A stretch of 64,000 nucleotides of DNA from Parachlamydiales bacterium (lineage in GTDB: Bacteria > Chlamydiota > Chlamydiia > Chlamydiales > JAJFMK01), in contig CAVXVG010000020.1 of assembly GCA_963765145.1 (NCBI GenBank), forward strand, positions 32,001 through 96,000, in the 5' to 3' direction. How positions within the stretch are numbered: position 1 is the stretch's first letter; each line of letters begins with the position of its first letter. Both the position numbers and the translations under genes were made by a program. Positions 50,350-61,900 of this stretch are shown in pieces. Under the pieces are notes generated by a model. That model was not told the origin of the DNA and searched no databases. It saw only the letters and a program-made list of their open reading frames with translations.

Positions 50350-51279
50350 ATGGCGACCATATCGAGAAATCGATTTGCGGCACTGGAGGCAAATTACTTT
50401 AATGGTGCAGAAGAGCTCAAAGGGCAGCTCGATCTTTTGGGTAAGGCTTTTAGCGCCGAGGTGATCCGTTTAGACCATCTTCACGATATCTATCCCATCT
50501 ATGGTGCTCTGAATCGGATTACTCAAGCTGTAGCAGAACTTGCCAACGAAGAGTTGACTGCTGAATGGAGTGAGATCTTAACGACCCTTCATGGAAGAAA
50601 AATTCACCAGGTTGGATTTGGTCAAACCTCGATTGATACCTCTTTTGCTAATGATTTACTGACAAAAAAGCCGGGCGTAGAAGAATGGCAGGTGGGTGTC
50701 TGCGATTTAAAAAATTCAAAGAGCGTTTCTGATTTAATCGATTACCAACAGGCTGTTGACAAAGAGGCCTACGCAGAATGTCATAGAAGGGGATTTTTTG
50801 AATACTTGTTTGGGTCAAAAGATGCTCTCTGCATGACAGCAAAAAATGACCAAGGGCAAATTGTGGGGGCTTTGTGGGGCTTTTTCAAAGAAGAAAATGG
50901 GGGCAAGATCTTTCATTTCTTTGACCTTTCCTGTCGAGCGCAGTTTGCACACATGGGGGTTGCAAAAGCTCTGATTGAGTGTGCGAAAGCGCAGCAGGTC
51001 AACTATCCGGAAGTGATGACGGCTACCCTAAATGTGATGGCAAACAATCCTCTCGCCAAGCAGATCTATGAGAATCTCGAGTTCAAGACTATAGATCCTT
51101 CTGAGAACGAGAAGATTTTCATGGCAAAGCCTATTGCAGAGGCAAGCAAAGACGTTCCAGTTGATGCAAAAGCCATTGTGGTCCGGTTTGTAATGGCGTC
51201 GGTGTCTCTGCCTTATTTGCTCTTCAACGAGCTTGTCCGCCGCACGGAGCTGTTGTTCCGCTCCTGGTGGTATCAATAG
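50350..51279 (+). CDS. GNAT acetyltransferase with N-terminal extension
   Basis: IVGALWG, FAHMGVAKALI, LNVMANNPLAKQIYENLEF. Confidence 0.8.
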   Translation: MATISRNRFAALEANYFNGAEELKGQLDLLGKAFSAEVIRLDHLHDIYPIYGALNRITQAVAELANEELTAEWSEILTTLHGRKIHQVGFGQTSIDTSFANDLLTKKPGVEEWQVGVCDLKNSKSVSDLIDYQQAVDKEAYAECHRRGFFEYLFGSKDALCMTAKNDQGQIVGALWGFFKEENGGKIFHFFDLSCRAQFAHMGVAKALIECAKAQQVNYPEVMTATLNVMANNPLAKQIYENLEFKTIDPSENEKIFMAKPIAEASKDVPVDAKAIVVRFVMASVSLPYLLFNELVRRTELLFRSWWYQ

Positions 51280-51417
51280 TTTTTGGTGAAAGGGGCCGAG
51301 CCTATCCTGCGATAATCTGGCATCATGTTTTGAATAGGTAGAGCCATAAGAACATCTCCTTTTGCATAGGAGTTTAAAGAATGTCGATTTTAAAGAAAGA
51401 CCCGGTTGGTCCTTAAT

Positions 51418-52098
51418 TTAATCTTCTATGTGCTGTGCGTGAGGGAATTGGGAGAGAAGTGCCTTGTCAAGTTTTCCATCGGCTCTCGAAAGGTCAAATT
51501 GAAGGTTTGAAACGGCACGTTTTAGAGGATCTAAATGGGCCACGCTCATTGCTTCTGTGATTTTCAAGAATTGAAGTGGCGCTTCCTCTAGTGGTTGGAG
51601 AGAAGGGACGTTGCATGCATTCAGAATTGTCACCGAATTTAGAGGAGCTCCATTTAAGAATTCGATATCTTGCAATATGGCGCCCTGCGAGATCACAAGT
51701 TCCTGAAGACATGGGCTCTTTACCTTTTCAAGCGATTCGATGAAATGACCAATACGCAATTTTTCGAGACGGGGAAAAAAAGATAAAAGGCGGCCTGAGC
51801 TGACATGCGAGACATCCATATCCATGTCTGTTACTTTTTCTCGAACTTCTTTTGGCATCTGTTCTAAAAAGGTGTAGAAATCGTCCTGTTCAGTGTAAGG
51901 GTCGCAAACTTTGAAGGAGCTCTCATGAAGTTGGTAGACTACACCGCCTAATGAAGGAGCAGGAAGTGATCCATCGCCTGCCTTCAAAGTCTTCACAAAA
52001 AGTATTTGATAGACTGTCATTTCCGATTGCCGCTCTTCCAAAGTGCGGATGACGGAATGCCTATGATTTGTTGGGGTACTTGGTACTGAAGAGGTCAT
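51418..52098 (-). CDS. Short LRR-like protein, effector candidate
   Basis: FPRLEKLRI, LQELVI, PLNSVTI, PLQFLKI; S/T/P-rich N-terminus. Confidence 0.6.
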   Translation of the reverse strand: MTSSVPSTPTNHRHSVIRTLEERQSEMTVYQILFVKTLKAGDGSLPAPSLGGVVYQLHESSFKVCDPYTEQDDFYTFLEQMPKEVREKVTDMDMDVSHVSSGRLLSFFPRLEKLRIGHFIESLEKVKSPCLQELVISQGAILQDIEFLNGAPLNSVTILNACNVPSLQPLEEAPLQFLKITEAMSVAHLDPLKRAVSNLQFDLSRADGKLDKALLSQFPHAQHIED

Positions 52099-52111
52099 AA
52101 CGATTATTCCA

Positions 52112-54390
52112 TCACAATTTATAACTTTCTAAAAGGGCATGCAGTGTGAGCTCCTTTGCATTAGAGGGAGCTATGCATGCATTAGTAGTATACGCTAAAT
52201 CTTCAATTTCGCGGGTGATGGATTGCGTTTCAGCAATGAGATGCTCAACCTTATTGTCGCCTAGCATCAATTCGCTTTCAAGATTTTGGAACAGTTCCGT
52301 GTGGGCTTCCTCTAGGAGAGCTAGTTGATCTGCTCCTATGTGACTTCTTAAAAGAGGATCCTGCAGGGAAAGTCCTGCCATAGAGCGCAGAATAGCCTCG
52401 ATTTTCGGGGGTAGTGAGGGGGATTCCGCCAATTCCGATTTCTCTAACTTAGAAACTGCTAAGGCAAAGAGATCTTCAGGGGCGACAAGATTATCGCGGA
52501 TGTGTGCATGAGCATCCTTTAATTTTGCCAATCTATCGTTTAAAGCGGGAATTAAACTCTCGGGGTCGCTTGGACTTAGCTCATTTGCGAGTTGTCGGAT
52601 CGCAAAGGCAAAGGGTAGCATTTTTTTTCGCTTCAATTTTTCAAGGTCGTCAACCTTCTCATAAAGTTCGGTGATCAGCAGTTCGTGTTGCCCATAAAGT
52701 TGGGCGATCAGCTGTTCATGCTCCTTATTGAGTTCGGCAATTAGCTGTTCGTGCTTCTCATTGAGTTGGGCGACTTGCTCATCTTTCCCATAAAGTTCGG
52801 CGATCTGAAGTTTATGCTGTTTATTGAGTTCGGCAATCTGCTTCTTGTGTAGTTCGCTGTCTTTGGATTTCATTTGGGCTACGAGTTCATGTCCCGCATA
52901 CACGATCCTGAGGAGATATTTGGACCGTTTTACCAAGGCATCATAAGGGGTAGCCTTTTGATCGAGGTCATCTTGGTAATGGGAGAGGAATTTCCCCAAA
53001 TTTTCTTTCATGCTGCTCAGACATTCTTGAGGAGTCCCATCTTCCGAAGATCCGTGAACAGATAGAGGACGGATCGGTTGATCTCCAAATAGGAGGCGGA
53101 TCAGCCAACTCCTCCACCCTTTAGGCCCATCATAATGAGCCTCCCTAAGAGGGGAAAGAGCCTGCCTCATCCGTTGCTCATGGATTTGCCCTCCATTGCG
53201 AAAGCAAGTGATGCCGTAGCCTCCTTGAGTCAGATAGCTATCGTCATAAAGGGCATTTCTAAGGGAAGCGTGGGCTGCGAGTTTTACATATAGGGAATCA
53301 GTATCCTCTTTTCGAGCCTTAAGGATCTCCTCCTCCAGCGCATCCATCTTTTTGCCAATTTCGAGGACAAGTGGCGCCCTAAACAGGAGAATAGCATCCT
53401 GCATTTTTTCTCGGGTGTCGGGATCATTTAAGAGTTGCTGGTACTTTAGCGCAATTTCAAGAGCCCCCCCTTCCTATAAAGAGGCTCAATGACTTCCGCT
53501 TCTGATGGGACAATTCTGGCAAAAACCTTTAAAATCCCTAAGTGAAGAGCACGCTCGAAAGCCTGCGCTTCGCCTAGCCGCTTAATCTCTCTTTTTCCAC
53601 GATTATCAATCTCTTCTTTTTCGTGCTCTTTTTTTCCCTCTGTATTCTTAAGAATAGTATAATCGGCTTGCAGCCTCTTACGATACTTAGTGAGTAATTC
53701 TGGCTTGGAGGAGAGGGAGCGATAAACTTGTAAAGCCGCTAGGTTTGCTTCAAGAGCGGCAAAGTCGCTTTTTGCCTTGGAAGATGTGAGACGTGCTTCT
53801 GTTTGTAGAGCCTCTCCCGGATGATTGGTGTAGGTAGATACATCGGCCATATCGCTTGTATGTCCATCAAATATAGCACGCCATAGGTGCTGAAAAAGTA
53901 CCCATTCTCTGGACTCGTTAGTGTGCGAAAGGGGCCCATAAAGAACGCGGTCAATGTCTGAGTCGTGCCCTGGGGTTCCAAATGCGGTAGCTTCCCCTAA
54001 ACCGTCAGTCGCCATGTTGATCGAAACTTTCCCGGTGAGCGTTGTGATCGATTGCCTAAGGGAGTCAAAAGAGAGCATCGAGCTCTTTGGCTCACTTTTT
54101 TTGAGGTTTGCCCAGCCATCCTCCTTCATCTTAGAGAGGAGGCCTTGATTTTGTGACTTCACTGATTTCATTTCCGCAAACAAGTTAGGTTGGCTAGTCT
54201 TTGTCAACTTGCGGAGTTTTTGAGCAGTCGCATTTATGCTCTCTGGACCGACTTTTTCTGAAAAAAGAGTACCGTCCAGTTCTTCCGATGAAACAGGCTT
54301 AGCAGGAAGGATCTTCCCAAGATAGGGGAGCCCTATATGGAAAGAAGAGAACCAAGAAGTAAAACCTTCGAAAAGCCAAATTGATGTCAT
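52112..54390 (-). CDS. Large nucleotidyltransferase-motif protein with coiled-coil repeats, frameshifted at C7 (53464-53470)
   Basis: FGTPGHDSDIDRVL; adding one G joins the two track ORFs into 759 aa. Confidence 0.65.
52661..52856 (-). repeat. Degenerate ~33-bp (11-aa) coding tandem repeat
   Basis: QIAELNKQHKL / QIAELYGKDE / QVAQLNEKHEQ / LIAELNKEHEQ / LIAQLYGQHEL / LITELYEK. Confidence 0.8.
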
Positions 54391-54722
54391 ATTAAAATAT
54401 TTAAACACAAATATATTTAGATAATATAAAGGTTCTTGAGCATAAATCCTTTAGCACGCGCTGATAATTATATCTCTTATTCAGATTTCTATGCATTGAG
54501 GTATCCATTGGAGCTGTATGATAAAAAAGAATACATCTCCTTATTCTCGAGAGACCTCCTACAAACAATTGCGTCAGAGCAACATTTTTTGATCCAATTA
54601 AAGCCGAGCCTCAATTGGGGTAAAAGCATCCTTTAAATCCCAAACTTCTTCCAAGCGATAGGGGTTTGGAGCTGACAAAATTTTGCCCATTTTGCACAAT
54701 GCGTTCTCTTAAAGGGGGTTTT

Positions 54723-55271
54723 ATGTCCACTTCATCACTCAATCTTCAAGCTGTGCACAGCAGCTTGGTTGTCATCAATCCACAAGGTGGCGAACTTGAT
54801 AAGCAAGCCATGTTACGCATCCAAGGGGTCGTTAGCCACCTTCTCAAAATAAAACGGGAGCCGATTTATGGAGGGCAGGATCTCCTGCTTGGTCTGATGT
54901 GGGAAAAACCGAGTGTGTTGCAGACTCGTGTTCTTTACGAGGGGGTAAATCTGCTGGGTATTCTTGTCTTCGGAAACAACGTGGAACAAGCGGCTGATGG
55001 GAAGGATGCGATTGCCATTAAAGCCCTTGAAATTACAAAATTGGCACCAAAGCGGCAGCAAAAGAAGGAATGTTTCGAAAAGCTTTTGAATATTGTGAAA
55101 GAGCATGTGAAACTAAATCATTCCTCCCTCCTAGATCTTTCAACAGTGATTAGTCAGGAAGAGAATGAGGTGCGAGATCTTTTTCAAGATTGCGGGTTTA
55201 GGATCACCAAGACGCAGAAAAGTTCTCGTTATAAGGAGAAATCAGAGCATCTGCTCCGCCTTTCAAACTAG
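54723..55271 (+). CDS. Hypothetical protein, weak GNAT-like fold
   Basis: LLGILVF...DLFQDCGFRI pattern. Confidence 0.5.
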   Translation: MSTSSLNLQAVHSSLVVINPQGGELDKQAMLRIQGVVSHLLKIKREPIYGGQDLLLGLMWEKPSVLQTRVLYEGVNLLGILVFGNNVEQAADGKDAIAIKALEITKLAPKRQQKKECFEKLLNIVKEHVKLNHSSLLDLSTVISQEENEVRDLFQDCGFRITKTQKSSRYKEKSEHLLRLSN

Positions 55272-55423
55272 GTCTAAAGGCAGAATCTCTTTGATCTGCA
55301 ATGTTGTTAATATAACTAATCGTTAACTTTTAAATGTTTGTGGACAATACTTTGGTGTATTATTTTCCTTTTGCTGAAAAAAGACGGATGTTTTTTGCTG
55401 TTGGTTTTTGGAGGTTGTCAGGG

Positions 55424-55774
55424 ATGGAAGTCGATAAATTTGTGAATATAATGGTGAATGTTCCAGCCGACCACGCCGATGCAGTGCGAGCAGCAATGGG
55501 TGAGGCTGGGGCAGGTAGACTTGGCAATTACCAATATGGCTCTTTTTCTGTTAAAGGAACGGGTAGATTTATCCCGCAAAATGAAGCTCAACCTAAGATT
55601 GGGAAGGTGGGAGAGCTAGAATCGGTTGAAGAAGAATTGATCGAAGTTTTGTGTGAAGAGTCGATACTGGAAAAGGTGGTCGAGGCAATTGAAAAGGTCC
55701 ATCCTTATGAAGAAATTGGCATCACTTTTTTCCCAGTTCAAGTGGTTAGATCCAAGGCTAAGAAAAAAGCATGA
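55424..55774 (+). CDS. YqfO/NIF3-associated PII-like domain protein
   Basis: VPADHADAVRAAMGEAGAGRLGNY, GTGRF, HPYEE. Confidence 0.85.
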   Translation: MEVDKFVNIMVNVPADHADAVRAAMGEAGAGRLGNYQYGSFSVKGTGRFIPQNEAQPKIGKVGELESVEEELIEVLCEESILEKVVEAIEKVHPYEEIGITFFPVQVVRSKAKKKA

Positions 55775-55912
55775 GTAAACAAGCCTAACCTCCAGGCCCT
55801 GCAATAGTGAAAGGGGCCCTGGGTTGCATCGCCAGCACCTTGGCTTTGCTCTTTCCAAAAGACAGGTATTTCGATATTATTCATTTAATAAAAACCTACA
55901 ATTTTTTGTTTA

Positions 55913-56725
55913 ATGTTTATTCCTGCTCAATCCCCATTTCCTTTACTTAATGTTTCTTATACGTTTCAGGAAAGAAAGGAGATGATAAAAAGAGATTTTG
56001 TTGAGAGGATTCCCTTTTATTTAATGACTTTTGGTGCAACTGCGCTTTTTACTAAAGAAACTGACCGGGTATCACTTGCATTAAGAGCAATTAACTATCT
56101 TGTTTGTTCCTCTGCTGCCCAAGCGTTAGCCCATCTCTTTGATGAGGCAGCTAAAAAGACAAATCACAAGGGCATTGTCATTTTGCTGCACAAGATGGAA
56201 GTCGGTTGTAGGTACATGCACCACTATCTTCATGCTGATTGGTACAACCGAACGGTGGGCCAACTTTTTCATGAAATAGGCCATGTAGCAATGGTCGAAT
56301 TGTTATGTAAGGACACTACATCCACTGTTGAGATCTACGGAGGTGGAAAAAGTATTTTTGGTGGATCAGGGTACAAGTATAAGTATGAATCTTTGTCAAA
56401 GCTCGGTCGAATATTAGGAGAAAAAAACGTTACTTTAATGGTAACTGCTGCAGGCCCTTTGGTCGACATGATCCACGCCTTGAGTCTGACTTTTCTTGCA
56501 CATGTAAGTCAAGGGCATGCAGTTGGGGAGTATCAGGCAAGACTTTGCCGCTTAGTGTTTAGGGCTGTTGACTTGTCTTATGATTCCTTTTATCTGCCGG
56601 TACTTGGAAAGACAGTCGAGACCGACTACCTAATCATTGAGAGAATGAGTCATATCCCTCGGTATGTGATTGCCGGCTCTTTTGCGGTGTTACCTTATCT
56701 TTTTAGCAAAGTGCTTAAAAGCTAA
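55913..56725 (+). CDS. M50-like membrane metallopeptidase
   Basis: FHEIGH and AAGP motifs, TDY, hydrophobic segments. Confidence 0.7.
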   Translation: MFIPAQSPFPLLNVSYTFQERKEMIKRDFVERIPFYLMTFGATALFTKETDRVSLALRAINYLVCSSAAQALAHLFDEAAKKTNHKGIVILLHKMEVGCRYMHHYLHADWYNRTVGQLFHEIGHVAMVELLCKDTTSTVEIYGGGKSIFGGSGYKYKYESLSKLGRILGEKNVTLMVTAAGPLVDMIHALSLTFLAHVSQGHAVGEYQARLCRLVFRAVDLSYDSFYLPVLGKTVETDYLIIERMSHIPRYVIAGSFAVLPYLFSKVLKS

Positions 56726-56774
56726 CAGAATGGCAGCTTCAAGTTCGACACTTCTCATGACAGTTAAAGACTTT

Positions 56775-57341
56775 TCATAGTAGCGCGGGGGAATTTGCTG
56801 GAAGAATCGGGGTAGCCGCCATTGCTGCTTGAAGCTTTTTGACATAGCTTTCATACTTTTTATTGCCCGGATGGGTAAAACAAGAGCCTTTATTATCATC
56901 GTTTAAGGTCCAAATAATTTTTGAAGAAAATTCGGCAGGGACTGACAACAAAAAATGGGTCATTTCTATGTGTCGGATATCCATGGCCCCAAAAGCATCT
57001 TTCTTGGCTGCGATTAAGAAAAAATTAGCATCTTTTGCTTGTTTTCTGATCTCCAGCGCTAGCTGAGCAGCATTTTGAATAGTTTCATCTGATGCTGTTC
57101 CCTTTGGATCTAAAAGCAGCGCATGCACATCGCGAAACACAACCTTTTTGTGCTCTCCCTCACGAAAACCGCTCCGTAGATTTAATGTGAGATCATTGAT
57201 CATCTTAATGGTAGTATTGTTATTTTTTAGTTCTCTATTGGCTCGAATGGTTCCAAGAACATGGTGAGTGGCTACCTCAAAAAATAGACCTGTTGGTTGA
57301 GAAACAATATGGGGGGAAACTCTGACGACACTGGCAGCCAT
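56775..57341 (-). CDS. Hypothetical protein
   Basis: AGGAG RBS before ATG 57341. Confidence 0.6.
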   Translation of the reverse strand: MAASVVRVSPHIVSQPTGLFFEVATHHVLGTIRANRELKNNNTTIKMINDLTLNLRSGFREGEHKKVVFRDVHALLLDPKGTASDETIQNAAQLALEIRKQAKDANFFLIAAKKDAFGAMDIRHIEMTHFLLSVPAEFSSKIIWTLNDDNKGSCFTHPGNKKYESYVKKLQAAMAATPILPANSPALL

Positions 57342-57462
57342 GTTACTCCTATTGGGCTGAAACACAAAGACAAGCGAGATACAAAAAAGCTTAGAATAAC
57401 CCAAACATACTCAAAAGCGTTTTTTCAAAGCACGTAAAAAAACATTGGGACCGATCCCTTTC

Positions 57463-57513
57463 ATTTAGTATATTTGAGGGCTGCCCAGGCAAGCGTTGCA
57501 GTGAATTAAACCC
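57463..57513 (-). pseudogene. Internally deleted remnant of the 3' end of gene 48315-49106
   Basis: 57463-57493 matches 48317-48347 (29/31); tgaattaaaccc at 57502-57513 = 48409-48420. Confidence 0.7.
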
Positions 57514-57616
57514 CAAGATGTCATTTTAGTCTTTTTCAAGCTCGAAAAAAAGAGGCTTTCTATTCAAAAATAGGTGAAATAGGTAGCATTTCAATTTTAA
57601 CTGCTCAAAAGGACAT

Positions 57617-58666
57617 ATGAGAAAACTCCCTTTATTTATGTTGTCAGCCGTTTTAGCCGGACAAGCTGTTTCAGCCTGCGATTCCTCAACTGTTTTTGAG
57701 ATGTATGGCACATGCCTTTACCTCCAACCAGGTGGAACGGATCAGTATTATGGCGTACAAGCTATTGGCTTAGATCCAGATATCACGATTCCTGCACTTT
57801 CTCCTAACTGGGATATATTGGAAATCAACCCTCGTTACCATTGGGGCTTTGAAATTGGTACAAAAGTTACACTTCCATGTTCTGGCTTTAGTTTAGATGC
57901 TAATTGGGAAAGGTTGCATTGCCGAGATTCAAGTTCCTTTTTAGCCTCTTCTGCAGATGGGTTTATGGTAGGTCCATTTTTTGATATTGGTCCTAATTCT
58001 GAACCATATAAATTGGCTCAAGGAACAGTTAAACATCAATTTGATAAAGTGGATTTGCGCTTAGGAAAAGCGTTTTGCTTCAACGATAATTTTATCGTTA
58101 ATTTTTTTGCTGGAGTTAGTGGCGCAAGAATCAACCATACCCTGCAATCCTCTTATTCCAATGCTAGTTCTGAGATTGCTCGGACATTAAACTGTCCTTC
58201 CACATTCATGGGAGCAGGCCCCATGATTGGGTTAGCCTATGATTACGAAATTTTTTGTAACTTCTTTTTTGTTGGAGAAACAACCTCTTCTTTACTAGTG
58301 GGAAGGTCAAAAAATCAAACAACTTTCCAATCGCTTTCGCCCGAACTTACCACTCTTGGGATACCGCAGCCAAATACTCAAGCGACTTATAACCCGCATA
58401 GAGCACAAATGGTACCTGGCTTAGAACAGAGAATCGGCTTTTCCTATATGTACTCTTTCGATTGCTGGTCAATCACCCTTGAGGCAGGGTACCAATGCCA
58501 ACTTTACTTCAACGCTATCCAGTCAGTTGACATGACAGCTCCTCAAGTGTTGCCTGCAGGAGCTATTTTTACTCCGCAAGTAGGTCTATTTGCCGTTGGT
58601 TTTGAAAGAACAATCAGTGATTTTATGCTGAATGGTATTTACGCTACTTTAAATATCGAATTCTAA
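57617..58666 (+). CDS. Lpg1974-family / MOMP-like outer-membrane porin
   Basis: Signal peptide; LYLQP, PRYHWGFEIG, FMGAGP, LEAGY; terminal Phe. Confidence 0.8.
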   Translation: MRKLPLFMLSAVLAGQAVSACDSSTVFEMYGTCLYLQPGGTDQYYGVQAIGLDPDITIPALSPNWDILEINPRYHWGFEIGTKVTLPCSGFSLDANWERLHCRDSSSFLASSADGFMVGPFFDIGPNSEPYKLAQGTVKHQFDKVDLRLGKAFCFNDNFIVNFFAGVSGARINHTLQSSYSNASSEIARTLNCPSTFMGAGPMIGLAYDYEIFCNFFFVGETTSSLLVGRSKNQTTFQSLSPELTTLGIPQPNTQATYNPHRAQMVPGLEQRIGFSYMYSFDCWSITLEAGYQCQLYFNAIQSVDMTAPQVLPAGAIFTPQVGLFAVGFERTISDFMLNGIYATLNIEF

Positions 58667-58670
58667 GCGA

Positions 58671-58698
58671 AAGGGGCTGGTCCGTCCGGCTCCTTTTA
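58671..58698 (+). terminator. Rho-independent terminator
   Basis: aaggggctgg...ccggctcctttt. Confidence 0.65.
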
Positions 58699-58803
58699 CT
58701 TCAATTCTTTGATCAGTCCTAAGTTGTTTTTAATTGTACTCCAAAAAAAGCCTCTATACCTGCAATTTCTTTTTTCTTAAAGATCCTCCAGGTTGAGCTT
58801 TCC

Positions 58804-58832
58804 TAAGCAATGATAACCGACTAAAATCCCTT
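58804..58832 (+). repeat. Degenerate attR3 remnant
   Basis: taagcaatgataaccgact-aaaatccctt matches the right-end/att junctions at 46589-46618 and 49304-49333 with a 1-bp deletion. Confidence 0.8.
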
Positions 58833-58955
58833 TGTCCTTTGGTATTAGTCTTTTGTTAACTAACAGCTTGGGTTTATCGTCCTCTTTCATTTCACTATTT
58901 TTTTGCTAAAATGAAAAATTTGCTCCTGAGGAGGATTGTATGAGTGTAAAAGACC

Positions 58956-61900
58956 CTAAATCAGAATCTCGACGGTTTTCCCTTTTTTATTCTTGGCCGA
59001 TTTGATGTACAGCTGCAATGGAGATTCTGCCGGCTCAGGAATTGATAGGCCAAAAGCTCCTAAGAATTCATTACCGGCCCAGCGTGCCGATGTGGCTATC
59101 CAATGCTGCCCAATTTTATTGCCTCGGAGATCAAGGAAGATCAAAGAGCTTTTTTCCACCGCCGTGAGAATATCGACTAATCCCTCTTCGAGGATCTGGT
59201 TTTGCGAAACAGTTAACCGCCGGAGAGGGCTTGTTTCAAGCGCCTTGAGAATATCTTCTAACCCCTCATTCGTCAGCTGATTCAGCTTGATGTCTAAAGT
59301 GGTTAAAGGGCTTTTTGGCAAAGCATCCGCCAAAGCTAGTGCTCCTACATCTGTGATGGAAGTATTAGATAAATAAAGCTGACGAAGAGAAGATGTGGGA
59401 AGGGCTTCGGCAAGTTTTTCAACCCCATCGTCACCTACTTGGTTGCTCGTAGGGGTCATTCCGAATCCATTTTGGTAATTGGATAAAACAAGTCCTTTTA
59501 AAGCGATGCCTTTTTTTAAATAGTTTATTAATCTTTGCAGCTCTGGCAGGGCTAAATTGTTATTGCTGATATCCAACCACTCAAGAGAACTTTTTTGGAC
59601 GGCGTCGATGATCCTCCGCATAGCTTCTGAATCAAAGTTGTTCCAACTGATGCTTAACTTTGAAAGTTTCCCGCTTGCGACGGCCTCTGCGATCACTTGA
59701 CTACTTTTTGAAGTGATTTCATTTCCATCTACATATAATTCAAAAGGAGTTTTTCTTTTCTTTATAGCGCAAAAAAGGGCTTCTGCTCCTTCATCTTTTA
59801 TCCGATTACCGTTTAGGCTGAGCTCAACGATTTCGTCCTGCTCGACAGACACAGCCAATGCCTTGGCTCCACTTCGTCCGACCTCATTCCCGCTAAAATC
59901 AAGTCTAGTGAAGGGGCTTCCTCGAAGAAGGGAGGCTAAGGCAATAGCTCCGGTTGAATTAATTTTGTTGTTCGGCTTGTTTTGCTCAAATACGATTCGG
60001 CAAAGATCACCTTTGATTGTACCAACAGCTACACCTTTAACGAGTTTGTCCGTCATCAACATGCCAAAAGAGTCTCCCTGTTCCTGATTTGCCCAAGCTT
60101 TTAGATGCCGGACAAGAGGAGAGATATCGCGGTGGAAGAAAGCGCTGGTCAATTGATCAACAGCAGGCAATGCAAATTTGATCTGATAGGAGCCTTCTCG
60201 ATCAATTTTAGTGCTAAAACCCACCTCTAGAGAGACCTCTTTTAAAGAGGGGTTATTCGGAATCTTTAAATCACGAAGTTTAGGCGCCTCTATCACGAGG
60301 GAAGCAAAATTTTCACAATTTTCGATGTGAAGAGTTTGCAAGGAGGGGAACTCTACAGGATAACTTAGAATGATCCCGTAAGAGTGTTTAAAATCTCTGA
60401 GTCCTTTGCATCCTATGATTTGGAGCTCTAAAAGCTCGGGATGTAAAAAGGGACGGAGTCGTTCTAAATTTAAGACACTGATCTCTTCAAACCTAAAGCT
60501 ATTGAACCGTTTTTCCCTTAGGGCTAAAAACTGAATAAGAAACTCAAGCAGATCTATCTTTTTTGTTCCGAAAAAGATTCGGTGAACTTAACAAGCCCGA
60601 CCTCTTTTTCGCCCTCTTCTTGAATAGAAAAAACTGATTTAAGAATAGAAAGTTCTTTGGAAAGGGCGTCTACCACTATCTGCTGTGAGGGTTGAAGTGG
60701 CTGCTTATCGGCGAGAAGTCGATCGGTGGCTGCGGCTATTTTCGCTCTATCTTTGGTCATCCCAGAAAGCATCTCTTCGATCCTTTCCACAGTCGCCTTT
60801 ATCACTGCGAGGAGATCTTCTGCCGCCTCTTTCTCTTCATCTAACTCTTTTTCGACCTCTTCCAATGCTTGGATCTTATTGTTATAGTCAGACTCGTTAA
60901 TGCCATTTTCATCTCTTAAGTCGGCTAATCTTTTCTTCTCTTCTTCAATCGCTTCTTTTTGTTGTTCGAGCTCTTTGTAGTTAGTTTGGAGCTCTTCCTT
61001 GTTTTTTAGAGTAAAAAGGATCTTATTCCAATCGTCTTTTGTTTTGAGAGTGGCTATACTTGAAGAAATCCTTAGCTTTACGGGATCTTTTTTTTCAACC
61101 TTACTTCTTTGAACAAGGGTGTGAATGGCGTCCTCTTCAAAGGCCTTAGTTCTTGTAAGATAAATGAGTTCTTCACAAGCGGTCTCTCGGATTCTCCAAT
61201 CTTCTTTATCTCTCCAATGATGCAATGAACTCGCCTTTAGCACTATTTCAAGGGCATTTTTAGCCTGTTTTGAAGAGGGGTTTTGCTGCAGGATGGTTGA
61301 TAGAGCCTTTAGATAGCCGCATTGATATTTCCAGGAGGAATGTAAAGACTTCATGTCGATGATCTGTTGAAAGATAGCATCATTTTCCACAGCAAGGGGG
61401 GTTAATAGACGGATAAGCAATAAATCGGCATACCAATGGGCTGCTTGTGCCTTTTTTGATTCTTGAATCAATTGAGAAAGAGTGCTAAGAAGCCCTCCCA
61501 CATCGGAGTTATAAGCTCCTTGAACAATCGATATGATAAAATTAAAGAGTCTTTGGTTTTCTTGATTATCTGTGAGAGCATTGATTCCAGCTTTTGCGCT
61601 TTTTAACGCATACCGGAGGCTATTTTCTCCTAAAACATCTGTTCTAATTAGGGAAACCAAATTAGTGAGGGTGCTATCTGCTGTCTGTTTCCACGAGGCA
61701 TCAACTAAATCATTTCCGCCAACAAGATGAATTAGGTCTGCATAGGCATGAAGAGCTTCAGCCAAGCCTTGCAGGGCTTCGATATTCGGGGCTTTCGCAA
61801 GGCCGCCTGCAAAAGCATTTAAGATGTGAGTAACGACAAGGGAAGGATCTTTGGGTGATGTTTGCCTTGCCAAAAGGAGCAATTTCGAAGCCCCATCTTT

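Noticed and set aside
52661..52856. Possible CRISPR array (~33-bp periodicity)
   Set aside because: Degenerate in-frame coding repeats without unique spacers; no cas genes in the window.
54436..54636. 66-aa ORF between divergent genes
   Set aside because: TTG start, no RBS or motif; no support for coding.
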